Positions 1-12,899 of a stretch of DNA of 64,000 nucleotides are shown here, piece by piece. Origin of the DNA: Octopus vulgaris (taxonomy: Eukaryota); assembly GCA_951406725.2 (NCBI GenBank), contig OX597828.1, forward strand, positions 4,216,001 through 4,280,000, in the 5' to 3' direction. Both the position numbers and the translations under genes were made by a program. Below the pieces are notes generated by a model, which was given only the letters and a program-made list of their open reading frames with translations, did not search any database and was not told the origin of the DNA. The number at the start of each line of letters is the position of its first letter. Positions within the stretch are counted from its first letter, which is position 1.

Positions 1-1112
1 AGTTAAAACTTCATGTGACATATCAGCCTCCGAAAGGAGATACGAACGCACTATTCATCATCCATAGATAACTGATTCTTTCATCATGTCCTGTATTGAA
101 ATGCAATAATTCCATTGAAAATTAAGCAAAAAGTGAATTATGTCGCCGAGTTCTACTATTAATGTAAAGGCTGTAATCGTTAATGATTTAACATCTCTTA
201 TAAATTGCTAATTTGATAAAATAAATTGTTTAAATCCTCATGCAGTATTGATTCTATTTAATAACATAAAATAACAACAAAGCATTTATTTTGTTTATTT
301 TATTAAATTATTTACGTATTCATTTACTTAAATGTTTTTCGTTGTTGTTTATTCTGAAATTCCAAAGAATACATTATGAAAGATTCGATTTGTTATTATG
401 TTTTGTAATCAATTTCCTTCGCTAAATTTAACTAAAAATTATTTAATTTGTTTTCATTAGTTTACTCCCTCCATCATTTCGCCTCATCGCACTGCAACAC
501 ACAGATCTGTTCACCAGCGCAGCAATGCTTTATAACGTATGTCAGCAAGCGACGATCAGCACCTACTTAAAGTTTGATTAGATTTCTAACACTAAGCAAA
601 AGCATAGATAAACTTTCTGCTAATATATTAGGAACTTTCTAAATTCTTTCAAATTAAACATTTCAGATTTACTTAGTGGCGTTCTCCGGATGAAGAACAC
701 TTAAAATAATGTAAACTTTCATCCAATGTAATAACTATTTACAATTTCTATTGAGTTAAATGAACATATACAAACATATGTAAATATTTTCGAGCAATTC
801 GCTGCACATACACACGTAGAGAAACAGCAATACAAAATGGAAGCTAGTGAGAGAAATTAATCACAAAAGCAGATATGTGCGGCAGTATTCATTCACTTAC
901 TTATACTAGTATGTATACATATGTGTGTATACGTGTGTGCGTGTATGCATGCGTGTGCATGCCTGTGTGTGCGAACGTCTATTTGTAGGTATCTATGCAC
1001 ACATATGTACATGTACATATGTATGTACATACGCCCAGAATGATATATACACACCAGAAAATATAAAGGAAGATACTGGAAAATATATTAAGCCAAAGAG
1101 TTGAAATATTCA

Positions 1113-1881
1113 TATATATTGTCTCTGTATTTACACACATGCACACACACATATATAAATAGGTAATTAGAGTTAGCGGTTGGAATAACAGTCTAAAGGA
1201 TAAGAATATCTGTTCTTACTACCGGTATCATTTACCTATGTAATCCCTGGCCATGGGATATGCAAGCACTCTATGCTCGTTGGGTACAGGTAATAACAGA
1301 ATAAACAGAAGTTTATCACGAATCAAGTTTAATTATGCAGAAAATGGAGAAAACTTTCAATGAACAGATTAACCAACATCGGTTAATTATGTTTTGATAC
1401 AAAATATAACATAACATTTTTATTGAAGCGTGTGAAGCCGCCGCATGCCTCGACCTGCGCGTGACGATACGGTTAGCCTTCCGCATGGGTTGCGGCGCAA
1501 ATATTAGACAGAGACTGACGGGCCGTCGTACCAGCCGCGGCGCACAGAGTGCGGGTCGCGGCATGCGGCGGCTTCACACCCTTCAATAGAAATGTTATGT
1601 TATATTTTGTATCAAAATATAATTAACCGATGTTGGTTAATCTGTTCATTGAAAGTTTTCTCCATTTTCTGCTTATTTAAACTTGATTCGTGATAAACTT
1701 CTATTTATTCTGTTATTACCTGTACCCAACAAGCATAGTGTGCTTGCATATCCCATGGCCAGGGATAACATAGGTAAATGATACCGGTAGTAAGAACAGA
1801 TATTCTTATCCTTTAGACTGTTATTCCAACCGCTAACTCTACTTACCTATTTATATATGTGTGTGTGTAAATACAGAGACA

Positions 1882-1890
<9 letters not shown>
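1113..1890. repeat. Long inverted repeat (~345-bp arms, 88-nt GC-rich loop) built from a PLE-tail-like repeat
   Basis: 1113-1460 pairs with 1549-1890. I counted about 13 mismatches/wobbles plus one 8-nt indel in a CA tract. The arm is homologous to 24725-24975. Confidence 0.95.
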
Positions 1891-1970
<80 letters not shown>

Positions 1971-1974
1971 CAGA

Positions 1975-2480
1975 AAACCCCGGTCGAGAAGTTGTTGAGC
2001 TTCCTCTACGGATGTGTGCAGTATTGTCTGCAAAATGCAGATCACGGATAATAGCGGTGCGTAGCAGTGATTTGGCTATGAAACGCTGATGGTTGTATAG
2101 ATCACCGCTTGTTAGAGACTGGATTTTAACACCACTTTCCGAGTCACCAAACATATACTTCAGCACCACTGAAAAGAAGAATGCAAGCAAAAACCGGGGT
2201 TATGATACAATCTTGCTTCATGCTGTTTCTAGCATCGAAGGAAGCTGAAATTTCCCCGCCGGATACGACAGCAGATTTCATTCCCTCGCAGAAGGAGTTA
2301 ATAACGTTCATCGTCTTTTCAGGTGCACCAATATTTTTCAGAACTTTCCCAAGTGCTTGTCAGTTAAAAATGTCAAAACACTCAGTAAGATCAACGAACA
2401 CTATGAACAGCTCTACAGTTTTCTCACTAACTTCTCAGTGACCTGAATAAGGAAGAAGAACACAATCGTGATCGTCATGT
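1975..2480 (-). mobile_element. Degenerate RTE (BovB-like) LINE RT fragment
   Basis: Minus-strand peptides LFIVFVDLTECFD, KQDCIITP and GDLYNHQRFIAKSLLRTAIIRDLHFADNTA resemble RTE RT motifs (FVDLTKAFD, KQGCVLAP, IRDLLFADD). Stops and frameshifts present. Confidence 0.75.
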
Positions 2481-2735
2481 CAAAATAATATGAGAAACTT
2501 TGATTTTAACCGGCATTTACAGCATAAGGGTGCAACGTAAAAGAGAAATGCGACTGCAAATATACTGCCTGTACTGATCCGTTCTCCTCATACTTGTAAC
2601 ATCGACAATCTTATTTGCAAATCGTTGGCACTGCTCAAATGTCACATTCGACATAAGCCTTATGGCTAATAAAGAAACTGCAGCTTCTTGGACCCTCATA
2701 CGGCGAAACCAACGGGAGAGTCCATTATACATACA

Positions 2736-2771
<36 letters not shown>

Positions 2772-4432
2772 TATATATATGTGTGTGTGTGTACGTGTGT
2801 GCCTGTGTGCAGGTTATATATATAGATCCCACCTTACAATGAATGAAAATAATGCATGCACATGCACACATACAAGCGCACACATCCACTTGTCATCACA
2901 TGTATATTTAACTGCTGAGTAGCTAAATGCATATCGAAACATATCGAAAAATCGATGTGGATAGTGAATTTGGCAGTGCATACATTATAATCCAATGTAC
3001 CGGACAAATGTGGGTAACATGAAATTTTCTTCAAGACCTGAGGTTCCTGCAAAAGTAACTAAGAAGCTGGGTACACTGTACCTATATTTGGCACAATTAA
3101 GTCCAGATTAAAATATGATGTGGACTCCGATCTCACCTGGTAGATAATATTTTGCGCTTTGATAACTACACAAGTAAATATTATGATATCATAGACACTT
3201 GAAGGAGGGTAAAGATTTGTGTGTTTGATTTCGACAAAGGCATTGGAAAGTTCAGTGGATGGAACTCGCTGCGAGATATTTTTGAATTATGCGTCTCAGA
3301 GCAAGGTGGCATTTCTAAAGAGATAATTTTATATACATACAAATCATATATATATATATATATATATGTTGCTGCGTGCTTTGTAATTATAATTTGTCAC
3401 GTAGTTTAATAATACTAACTGATCCTTGGGTACCTTTACTGGGGTCGAACCTCTTACGAACCCTTCGGCTTGAGAATAAATTTTCGCGTTCCCATCCATC
3501 ATAGACGTATTGGCGTGTGCTGTGATCATCGTATTTCCACCTCGTAGCGCAAATAAATGTTTATACACGCAAGCACGTGCATATATATATATATATATAT
3601 CAGTAAATAAATGGAGTTGAACGCGGATGCTATTCAAATTCTTTTACTTTCGACATATGTTTCAAAGACAACATTGGTTTTATTCCAAAGGAATAAACGG
3701 TGTAAAATGCAATCTTATCATCAGGAAAGAAAGAGAACAACAAGACGTTATTACAATTTTGATGACTGCATAAATGATAAACAGAACGCTATTAAGTATT
3801 AAAAAAAAACCGTTAGTAGATCCGACATCAAAAGAAGAGAAGGGGTAAAGAAATAATAAGTAGAGAACAAATAAAGAAGGATATATTGGTTGAAAAAATG
3901 TTCAAAGTTTTGGAAGTAGATTTCCCTATTGAAGTAACGTGCAAGTTGAACTAAATGTTCAAACTATAAAGACTGGTAAAAATCCCTTATATGAGCTAAA
4001 GGTATGTTTCTGCCAATGCTTATATTTGTAAGATCGCTCTCAAAGTGCATCCTTGTTCAATCTGTTAAAAGCGGAAACCCCTATAAACTTACCAAGAACC
4101 ACTATATATATGTTATAATGTCTTGATGTTGAGATAGGTTCTCTTTCTTTCCTGATGAGAAGATTGCATTTTACAATGTTTATTTCTTTGGAATAAAACC
4201 AATGTTGTCTTTGAAACATATGTCGAAAGTAAAAGAATTTTAATAACATCTGCGTTCAACTCCATTTATTTACTTATACTACACAAATTACTGCACATTA
4301 ACCCGGAGTCTCTACCTTTGAATAGACCGCTACATCCTTGTTACTTACGTGAATTTGGCTACCCTGGTAATTGTTTATCGAATTTTCCATGTTAACGGTA
4401 AATAAAGGATAATTCATTCACCCATTTACACA

Positions 4433-4476
<44 letters not shown>

Positions 4477-4839
4477 TATACACATAACATATACACACAC
4501 ATATATATATATATACGTTGTGTATGTGGGTGTATGTGTGTGTATATGCGAGTGGATGTAAAGAAATTGTACCAATGTTATATTTTGATATATATAAGCA
4601 TATTTAATAAATGTTTAAAGCATGCCATAATGAAATTATTTGATAATTAATTCGGTACACCTCTCTATTTAAAAGTTTTGCTATGTCTTTCGTTTCGGAA
4701 TTTGGATTTTTATATAGAACTGGTAGTTTTGGCAGCTTAGGGAGAATAACGTTAAACTTTATATGCTTTTCACAGAGTGAAGGTAGGTGTTGACAGATGA
4801 TTCATAAACAGAAAGGTGTTGTCAATATTAGGTTAATAT

Positions 4840-5055
4840 AAGGCGGCAAACTGGTAGAACCGTTAGCACAATGGTCAAAATGCTTAGAGGTATGTTGTCC
4901 GTCTTTACGTTCCGAGTTCAATTCCACCGAGGTTGTCTTTGCATTTCATTCTTGAGGGGTCGTTAAAATAAGTATCAACTGAGTACTGGGGGTCAATATA
5001 ATCAACTCTGCCCTTCTCTCGAAATTGTTGGCCTTGTGGCAAAATTTGAAACCAA
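4840..5055 (+). mobile_element. tRNA-derived SINE, family A (aaggcggcgagctggcag head)
   Basis: A/B-box-like head (gagttcaattcc) and the central block cttt..atttcatt...ggggtcg..aaaataagta shared with copies at 34778, 41877 and 42906. Confidence 0.8.
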
Positions 5056-6119
5056 CAATAATATAATCAGGTGACACTCTAGGAGTATCTCGTGATTAAA
5101 TACTGGATTCAAATCTACTGTATATATGATTCTCAAAAGATATTGCTTCTTGTCCATTTAAATGTTTATTGTTTACTTACACATTATACATTTTGGCTTG
5201 TAGACAAAATCAAAGGTTGACGCTTGGATTCTCAGTTTATTATATACATTTTCTAGTTTGTTCCATTAGTTATATTTGTTAAGAATGCAAGCGAAAACCC
5301 CTGACTAATGTACTTGCAATACGTGGCATATATGAAAATGTTAACATATGTGTATATTAATTTCAGGCGTTAACAAATTTTTTATTACAATTATAGAACG
5401 AAATCATATAACGTAGTACAAGTGAATGTTTTGTATTGAAGTAATTTTTACGTTAATTTCATCAGAAATATACGTACATCATATTGAAGAGTTTTCATTT
5501 GGAAGAAGGAATGAATGCCACAAACGGAGAGTAGATAATAATGTACAGGTTTAAAATAAATTGAGAGCAGCCTGATTGCTGGAACGAAAGGTCATCTTCA
5601 GTGATTAAAGAAGGAGCTGATATACACGATTGGAAGAAATAATGATTAGATATTTGCTGTTATAGCTCTAAGGATATACAAGAAGAAATAGGTTTCCTGT
5701 AAACAGAGGGACATCATATATAATGCAAAGGAATTTCAAAAACCCAGCACTTTGAAGATGGCTAAAAAGAAGTCTTGTATGTGATTGCAAGAGAAATGTT
5801 CGTTAAAAAAGTGTTTTATGAATGAATTGCTTTGATATATATCTATTGCTGCTAACCTGTATCTAAGTAGATTCTTTTCAATGAAGCCGTGCAAAGAAGA
5901 TTAGACTTTTGATGTAGTTCAACACGCTTAATTGAATTTTTAATGTATTCAGGATTTGGGTGTGAAAGTCCTTTACGCAGTGATATACGGGAAAACTTCG
6001 GCAAATTTTGTAAATGCTGATTAGCCGAAACAGAAATAATAAAATAATTAACTGATGCATTTTAAACTTTTAAAACGCAATTTTAAATGTATATATATAT
6101 GTGTTTATATCAATTTATG

Positions 6120-6167
6120 TATCTATCTATGTATTTATGCATGTATGTATGTATGTATGTATGTATG

Positions 6168-6220
<53 letters not shown>

Positions 6221-6293
6221 GTGTGTCTGTCTGTCTGTCTATCTGCCTATCTATCTATATATTTGTCTCTGTGTCTATCTATCTATCTATCTC

Positions 6294-6340
<47 letters not shown>

Positions 6341-6357
6341 GTCTGTCTTTCTATCTC

Positions 6358-6413
<56 letters not shown>

Positions 6414-6461
6414 CCTATCTCTCTATCTACCTATCTGTCTATATGTCTGTATGTCTGTCTG

Positions 6462-6498
<37 letters not shown>

Positions 6499-6501
6499 AT
6501 C

Positions 6502-6587
<86 letters not shown>
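6120..6587. repeat. Long imperfect (TATC)n microsatellite
   Basis: Directly visible. It explains the YLSIYLSI ORFs. Confidence 0.97.
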
Positions 6588-6588
<1 letters not shown>

Positions 6589-7041
6589 GTTTTAAAATAG
6601 ATGGGTGAATGTAGCAAGGATGGCACGTATGAATGACGAAGCAACCTTGACTATGATTCTATGAACCGTAAAAATTAATACAGAGAGTTGCTTATTTCCA
6701 AAAAAATAAAAAAGAAATATAACATGTGACTTCATTGACCGAGGTTACCGTGGTCTTTTCCGTAGGCTTTTCTTTCCACGGGTAAACCTCACCTGTCCTC
6801 CCCTTTACACTTCATATTGACATTTCTGTGATTACGATCCCTATTGACCAACTATTTTTTTCCTTTCCCCTTTTCTTCCCCCCCCTTTTTTTAAAATCCT
6901 CCCCTTTTTTTGTCCTCTTTCTTTCCTTTTACGATCTCTTTTGATCGAAAACCAACCCCCTTTTTTTTACCCCCAAAAGAAAAGCTCTACCTTGTAATTT
7001 GTTCTGTCTGTGTGCAACCCTGTGTGGCTAATAAAGAAACA
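6588..7041 (+). mobile_element. 5'-truncated LINE 3' end (probably L1/Tx1-like) sitting between (TATC)n arrays
   Basis: Short terminal frame [22 protein letters not shown], stem-loop 6741-6790, pyrimidine-rich UTR, AATAAA at 7030. The clade call is from recollection of similar ORF2 C-termini. Confidence 0.55.
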
Positions 7042-7058
7042 TATCTATCTATCTATCC

Positions 7059-7106
<48 letters not shown>

Positions 7107-7189
7107 GTCAGTCTGTCTGTCTATCTATTTATCTACTCATCTATGTGCACTTATATTTTTGCAGATGCATATACACAAAACCATGAATA

Positions 7190-8222
7190 GATAGTGAAGG
7201 ATCTTTCTTCCTGTTATTCAAAAAACATTAACAGCAGATATGATATCATCATCACTGTAACACTGGTTCCCGCTCAAGTATTTTTTCATGTTGGGAAACA
7301 GATAATTGTGAAACGGAACCAAATTACGAGAATAGGGAAGGTGATCCGTTGGTTCACAGCCGTAGCCACACATTGCAACCACTGTGCACTGCAGTATTGG
7401 TCTGATGAGACAAGACTCCTTCCGTCAGTTTTGCGAGGCCTTTCGTCTTTGTAGCCTTTCGTAACTCCCACAGTGTGTTCGCAAATTACTCTCCATTGAT
7501 AGTGTGGCTCTTTTGAAGATGGTCAATGAACGCAATGTTTTGGCGAAAAAATTAAGGTCATCCCCTCTCCTGCAAATGGAACGACATTAGCTTCCTTTGG
7601 AGCACAATGAGGAGCGGGGTTTTCGCTGCTGCATCAATCGATTGTATCTTTGTATATAGTCCAAAGTTATGAACCGAACAGTCAGCTTAGTATAGGAAAC
7701 ATTCAAGGAAGCCAGCTGGATTTGCTTTTCATCTGGTGTCAGAAGCCTGCTGAGCAGAGCTTCATTATGCCAAGTAGAATTTTGTTAACTCTTTCGCGAG
7801 ATATTCTAACATTGGCCATTTGATTTATAGTCAATTGCCTGCCATCCATCACCATGTGATGAACACGATCAATATTTTCAAAAGTGATGACAGTGGAAGG
7901 ACGTCCAAACTTTGGGTCATCTTCAAGAGAGTCTTTTCCCCTCCTAAATTCAGTTGCCTACTTTTGCACGTTTGATAAACCTGGAGTGTCATCTTCTTAG
8001 GTAGCAACCATGTTGGTGTAAATATCGTTTTGTCCATTTTCAAGTGACGTCATTACCAATTACATTTGAAGCCTTCATTGAACAGTCAGATATGAAGAAA
8101 ATCTGGACAGAAGCAATATAGTTATTAATAAGTAAAGTTCAAATTAAATGCATGCGAGATTTCACAGTTCTAGCACCGCCCTTTCATAGCGCATATAGGA
8201 ACTATTTAGCCTTCCCTCGTAT
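7190..8222 (-). mobile_element. Highly degenerate mariner relic
   Basis: Minus-strand HLPYSRNLVPFHNYLFPNMKK (cf. HPPYSPDLAPSDYYLF), HTH-region remnants at 7849-8043, and a TIR-like end ...gccttccctcg-TA at about 8200-8221. Confidence 0.7.
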
Positions 8223-9172
8223 TGCAATCAGTATATGTTCATAGATTTAAAAATGGCGCAGTTATAATGAATAGCCCAATAAGGAAAGTAATCATATTCT
8301 AACTGTCCTTCATGGATTGTCATTTCATAAATTCATATGCAATACATATACATAAATATACATATAGAACGAACACATGCATATAAACGCACACACAAAC
8401 ACGCATACACATATACACACACATACACAGATACACAGATACACAGACGCGCGCACATACATATATATACATATTTTATACGTTGGAAATTTGCTTGGAG
8501 TATGGTCTCGAAATGTATTTTCGAAATAGTCCATTTTTGAGCTTTACTGATGGCTGCCATATATTTCATCTGGCAGTTCAAGCATCTTTGCCGATACGGG
8601 GCACTGAACTGCAGACAACAGGTGTGAAAGCCATTAAACAATCGGACTTGGGTGACTGTAGGAAGTTCTAGGCAATAAGGAGTGTCTTCAGGCCTGGCTC
8701 AACTTACGTTAGGCCAGAGGCTTCTCTACCGTACTTGTTACTTCCATTGTATACTTCTGTAACACTTTGAATTCTTTTAGGATTATTAATTAGTCTACCC
8801 GTCTGCGTCTTTATTTCATTATCATGTGTTGTTGGTCATTGGTCCCTATGCTTTGTGTGCGTACCAGTTGAACACTGGGAGGCTTTCAACGTGGGTTTTG
8901 GAGATTGCTTGGGATGTCCATTACAGAGTATTCTTGTATGCCTACGACTCATCTCTCACTTGATTGCTCTCTCTTTAATTGCCGTCAGGTTACCATCTGT
9001 CATCGCTCTACAGTTGTCGCCTTGTCTGTTCTTGGTTCGTACTTGTGGTAAGGAATCCATACTTCAGCGACAACTATTTTTATTCAGTTCTATATTTAAG
9101 AGATGAGGAATTATGTGCATTATTTACATTGTTTACAATTGACAGATATTTGTCCTCATCTTGTTTATTGTT

Positions 9173-9218
9173 AACACAACGTTTCGGCTGATATACCCCC
9201 CACCCTTCATCAGGTGCC
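9173..9218 (-). ncRNA. Minimal hammerhead motif, inverted copy
   Basis: Reverse complement reads ggcac-CTGATGA-agggtg...cagcc-GAAA-cgtt-gtgtt. Confidence 0.7.
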
Positions 9219-9321
9219 TTGGGGGAAATGTTGAACAGGGATATATGGCGTAGTGGTTAAGAGCGCGGGCTACTAACCCCAAGATTCAGAGTTCGATTCC
9301 AGGCAATGACCTGAATAATAA

Positions 9322-9435
<114 letters not shown>

Positions 9436-9439
9436 CAAC

Positions 9440-9494
<55 letters not shown>

Positions 9495-9540
9495 TCGAAA
9501 AATACCTTGCGAATGAGAACCTAGGTTCAAATTTCCCCAA

Positions 9541-9585
9541 GACACCTGATGAAGGCAGGTGTGTATATCAGCCGAAATGTTGTGC
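9541..9585 (+). ncRNA. Minimal type I hammerhead ribozyme motif (mutated copy)
   Basis: gacac-CTGATGA-a-ggc(a)g...cagcc-GAAA-tgtt-gtg. The consensus with other copies gives stem II ggctg/cagcc and stem I gacac/gtgtt. Confidence 0.7.
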
Positions 9586-10043
9586 TAATAACAAACAGGA
9601 TGAGGACTAATATCCGTCAATTGTAAATAATGTTAATAATGTATTTTTTATTGTTCTCCTCCACACCTATATCAGTAAAGCTATTATGTAATATTTAAAC
9701 AAAGTCGCCCAAATGGGAAAATATGTCCACTAAAAGCATATGTTCATGCTTTCCACCAGCATCTATCTGTGGACATAAGTTTAGTTAACTTCGTCATGAT
9801 TTATCGTCAATAGTTACGGTCCACTAGGACAGTGCGCCATTGTATGTGAAGAAAAAGGTGTCCCTATTTATTTTATTGGATTCCTAATAATGTAGTGACA
9901 GGATATGGGAAACACTGATTTGCAAAATATCAGTATTTACACTGGTACCTAACTTGTAAAATAGGTAAATAATAAATTAAGCACTAACAACAGAATTACA
10001 ATTCGTACACATATATGTATTGAAAGAGTACAAAATTTTACGG

Positions 10044-10147
<104 letters not shown>

Positions 10148-10547
10148 GGAGTGGCTGTGTGGTAAGTAGCTTGCTAACCAACCACATGGTCCCGGGTTCA
10201 GTCCCACTGCGTGGCATCTTGGGCAAGTGTCTTCTGCTATAGCCCCGGGCCGACCAATGCCTTGTGAGTGGATTTGGTAGACGGAAACTGAAAGAAGCCT
10301 GTCGTATATATGTATATATATATGTGTGTGTGTATGTGTGTGTGTTTGTCCCCCTAGCATTGCTTGACAACCGATGCTGGTGTGTTTACGTCCCCGTCAC
10401 TTAGCGGTTCGGCAAAAGATACCGATAAAATAAGTACTGGGCTTACAATGAATAAGTCCCGGGGTCGATTTGCTCGACTAAAGGTGGTGCTCCAGCATGG
10501 CCGCAGTCAAATGACTGAAACAAGTAAAAGAGTAAAAGAGTAAAAGA
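10148..10547 (+). mobile_element. tRNA-derived SINE, family B (CORE-like block, internal TA/TG microsatellite, LINE-like tail)
   Basis: Head tggctgtgtgg...ggttcagtcc, block ggcatcttgggcaagtgtctt, tail tgctccagcatggccgcagtcaaatgactgaaac, (GTAAAAGA)n end. Confidence 0.9.
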
Positions 10548-10569
10548 TATATATATATATATTCAAAAT

Positions 10570-10766
10570 GTGACCGCATGTGTACCGTTGGCGACTTTTT
10601 TTCCTCCGTCTTCCCTTCTTTGGATCTTTCCTTATCCTATGTTTCTGACGAAGAGCTCCGCTCGAAACATTAAGCCCTACCTCTTTCCTGAGCGTCCAAT
10701 GACACTATACTTGTTCCACATTCTCGCGTTGTTGTGTTTTCTCTTTGTGTTTTCATGTTTGGATTA

Positions 10767-10768
<2 letters not shown>
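10570..10768 (+). mobile_element. Short PLE-tail-like repeat with hammerhead motif, embedded in (TA)n
   Basis: gttt-CTGACGA-a-gagc-tcc-gctc-GAAA-c at 10641-10668. Second copy at 40700-40876. Confidence 0.75.
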
Positions 10769-10852
<84 letters not shown>

Positions 10853-10854
10853 AA

Positions 10855-11297
10855 AAACAAAGTGGAGTTGTGGGGTACCGCACTAGCGGAATTATATACG
10901 AAAGAAGGTTTGAAAATGCTATTTAAAAGATGTTTATTTACTTTACCGGTTTCACTCTTTGGAAAAAGATTGTCAAAAGTAACATGTAGAAGTTTGGTTG
11001 CGTTAATTATTGGTAGTTGCAAATTGCTACATTACATATATACAGTCTTTGGTAACAGGGGCATGTTAAGGACATAAAAAAGTTCAACAAGTTCCTTAAA
11101 ATATTGGGTACAAAATATTACTACATAAATAATCGTTTTCAAGGACATACTTAAGATAGTTTCCAGAAGGAATTGATATTAGTATTGTATCTGTATATTC
11201 AAACATGCACAGAATATTGGTTGACAATCTTTTTCCAAAGAGTGAAACCGGTAAAGTAAATAAACATCTTTTAAATTGCATTTTCAAACCTTCTTTC

Positions 11298-11299
<2 letters not shown>
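10855..11299. mobile_element. PLE-like insertion with tail-out inverted repeats between (TA)n arrays
   Basis: About 10893-10976 is the near-perfect reverse complement of 11221-11303. The left arm has ~40 extra nt. Confidence 0.7.
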
Positions 11300-11353
<54 letters not shown>

Positions 11354-11957
11354 AGAAAGATTAACACGTTTCTTTCCCTTACCTCCGTGAACAGAAAAAC
11401 TGAGAATAATCAAACTCAAATTTCTTCTCTGCTTGAAAGCTCAGAAAACGTATACACCCACACGTGATAGCTTTAGAATCCCAACAAACACGCTAGATAT
11501 ATGGTAGTACCAGCAAACAGAAAATTCCAATTTGCATAATATTAGCACCTAAGCTGTTAGCTAATTTAATTTAGGTTCTATAAAGATATGAGTTTTTCTA
11601 ATAACTCAACTGATAATGCATAATTTAATATTTAATTAAATTAGCTTCCAGCGTAAGCACTGATGTTATGTAAATTGAGTCGTATAATTTGGGGATTATA
11701 AAGTCATTAATTGTTAACTGAGCGAAGAGTACATTATTCTGGGAATGGATCCAAATAGAGCCACATCACCTGACTGTCGTTGGCCACACACAACATAAAT
11801 ATAAGTGGCATTACCGTGTGTTTATCAATATATTTACGTGTGTCTCCATACACACATACATTCATACATGCACACATACATATATATACATATATGTATG
11901 CATATGTATGTGTATATGTATATAGATAGATATAAATGCCTATGTATACGTACGTAC

Positions 11958-12005
<48 letters not shown>

Positions 12006-12899
12006 GTATATGAGTGTGTGCGTGTGTTATGTGTTATAGAATAGATCTATTTATTTCATTCAGCCCAGCTTTTATTAACTACAAGCAGGACACGCATACA
12101 CACTTTTTTTTCACTATCGCTGTGTTTCCATATCCACTGTAATATGAAGAAAAATCCTAACTTTCAGGTTGGCATTACTGACTAGCAGCATGTTCACAGG
12201 TAATAGATGTGCGCCAATTTAATAGAGTGACGAATAATTCACGCTCTTTTGGGCTAGACTGAATTACGTAATAGATATTTTAGTTCTTGGCTTTCATATT
12301 TTGGTGCACTTAGAAAATGCTGCTTAATTATGAATAGGAAGTTTGTCGATATGTTGCTGGATTCACTTACGTGGATTGAAAGAGTAAACCATGCTCTTTT
12401 TTCTTATCCAATAATTATGAAAAGTGATGTTAATTCTCAGCATAGTTTGACGCTCTCACACAATCCGATACACACTGAATGAAGTCCTCATCCATGAATG
12501 AGGAAATCCTTGTTACCATGAGTGTAATTTTCTTGGTCATACCTACAGTTATTGTATTGCTTGCTGAACATTGAGAAGGTAAATAAAATGTATTATATAT
12601 TGTGTCAATAGCAGTTATGTAATCTTGATGGTAAATTCATGAAACACGTATATGTTCTATGAAGTATTTAATTTGATCACTGTTTTCCCTATTTATCTAT
12701 TTCTGTTACGTGTTTCGCTTTTCGCCCACTAGGCTAACTCGCAGTTTGATGCCCCACGTTCAGTCTCCCTGTATGTACGATCTGCGTGTAGTACCTACTG
12801 ATGAGCCCAAACTTTGTCTACGGTCGTACTTCACAGCACGATTCTCCTTTCACAACACGATTACAACGATCTCTTCCTATCACATGATAATAAAATACT

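Noticed and set aside
1316-1564. 82-aa ORF across the foldback
   Set aside because: No recognisable domain. It arises from the GC-rich core plus the repeat arm.
6055-6608. Long ORFs such as YLSIYLSI (and the many [12 protein letters not shown] and poly-L/I/Y ORFs across the window)
   Set aside because: They are translations of stop-free microsatellites, open in several frames at once.
9246-9312. tRNA gene with ACT anticodon
   Set aside because: No acceptor stem. It is a SINE-like head fused to (AAT)n and repeated at 23087.
12796-12835. CTGATGAG hammerhead start
   Set aside because: No properly placed stem II partner or GAAA downstream on the same strand.
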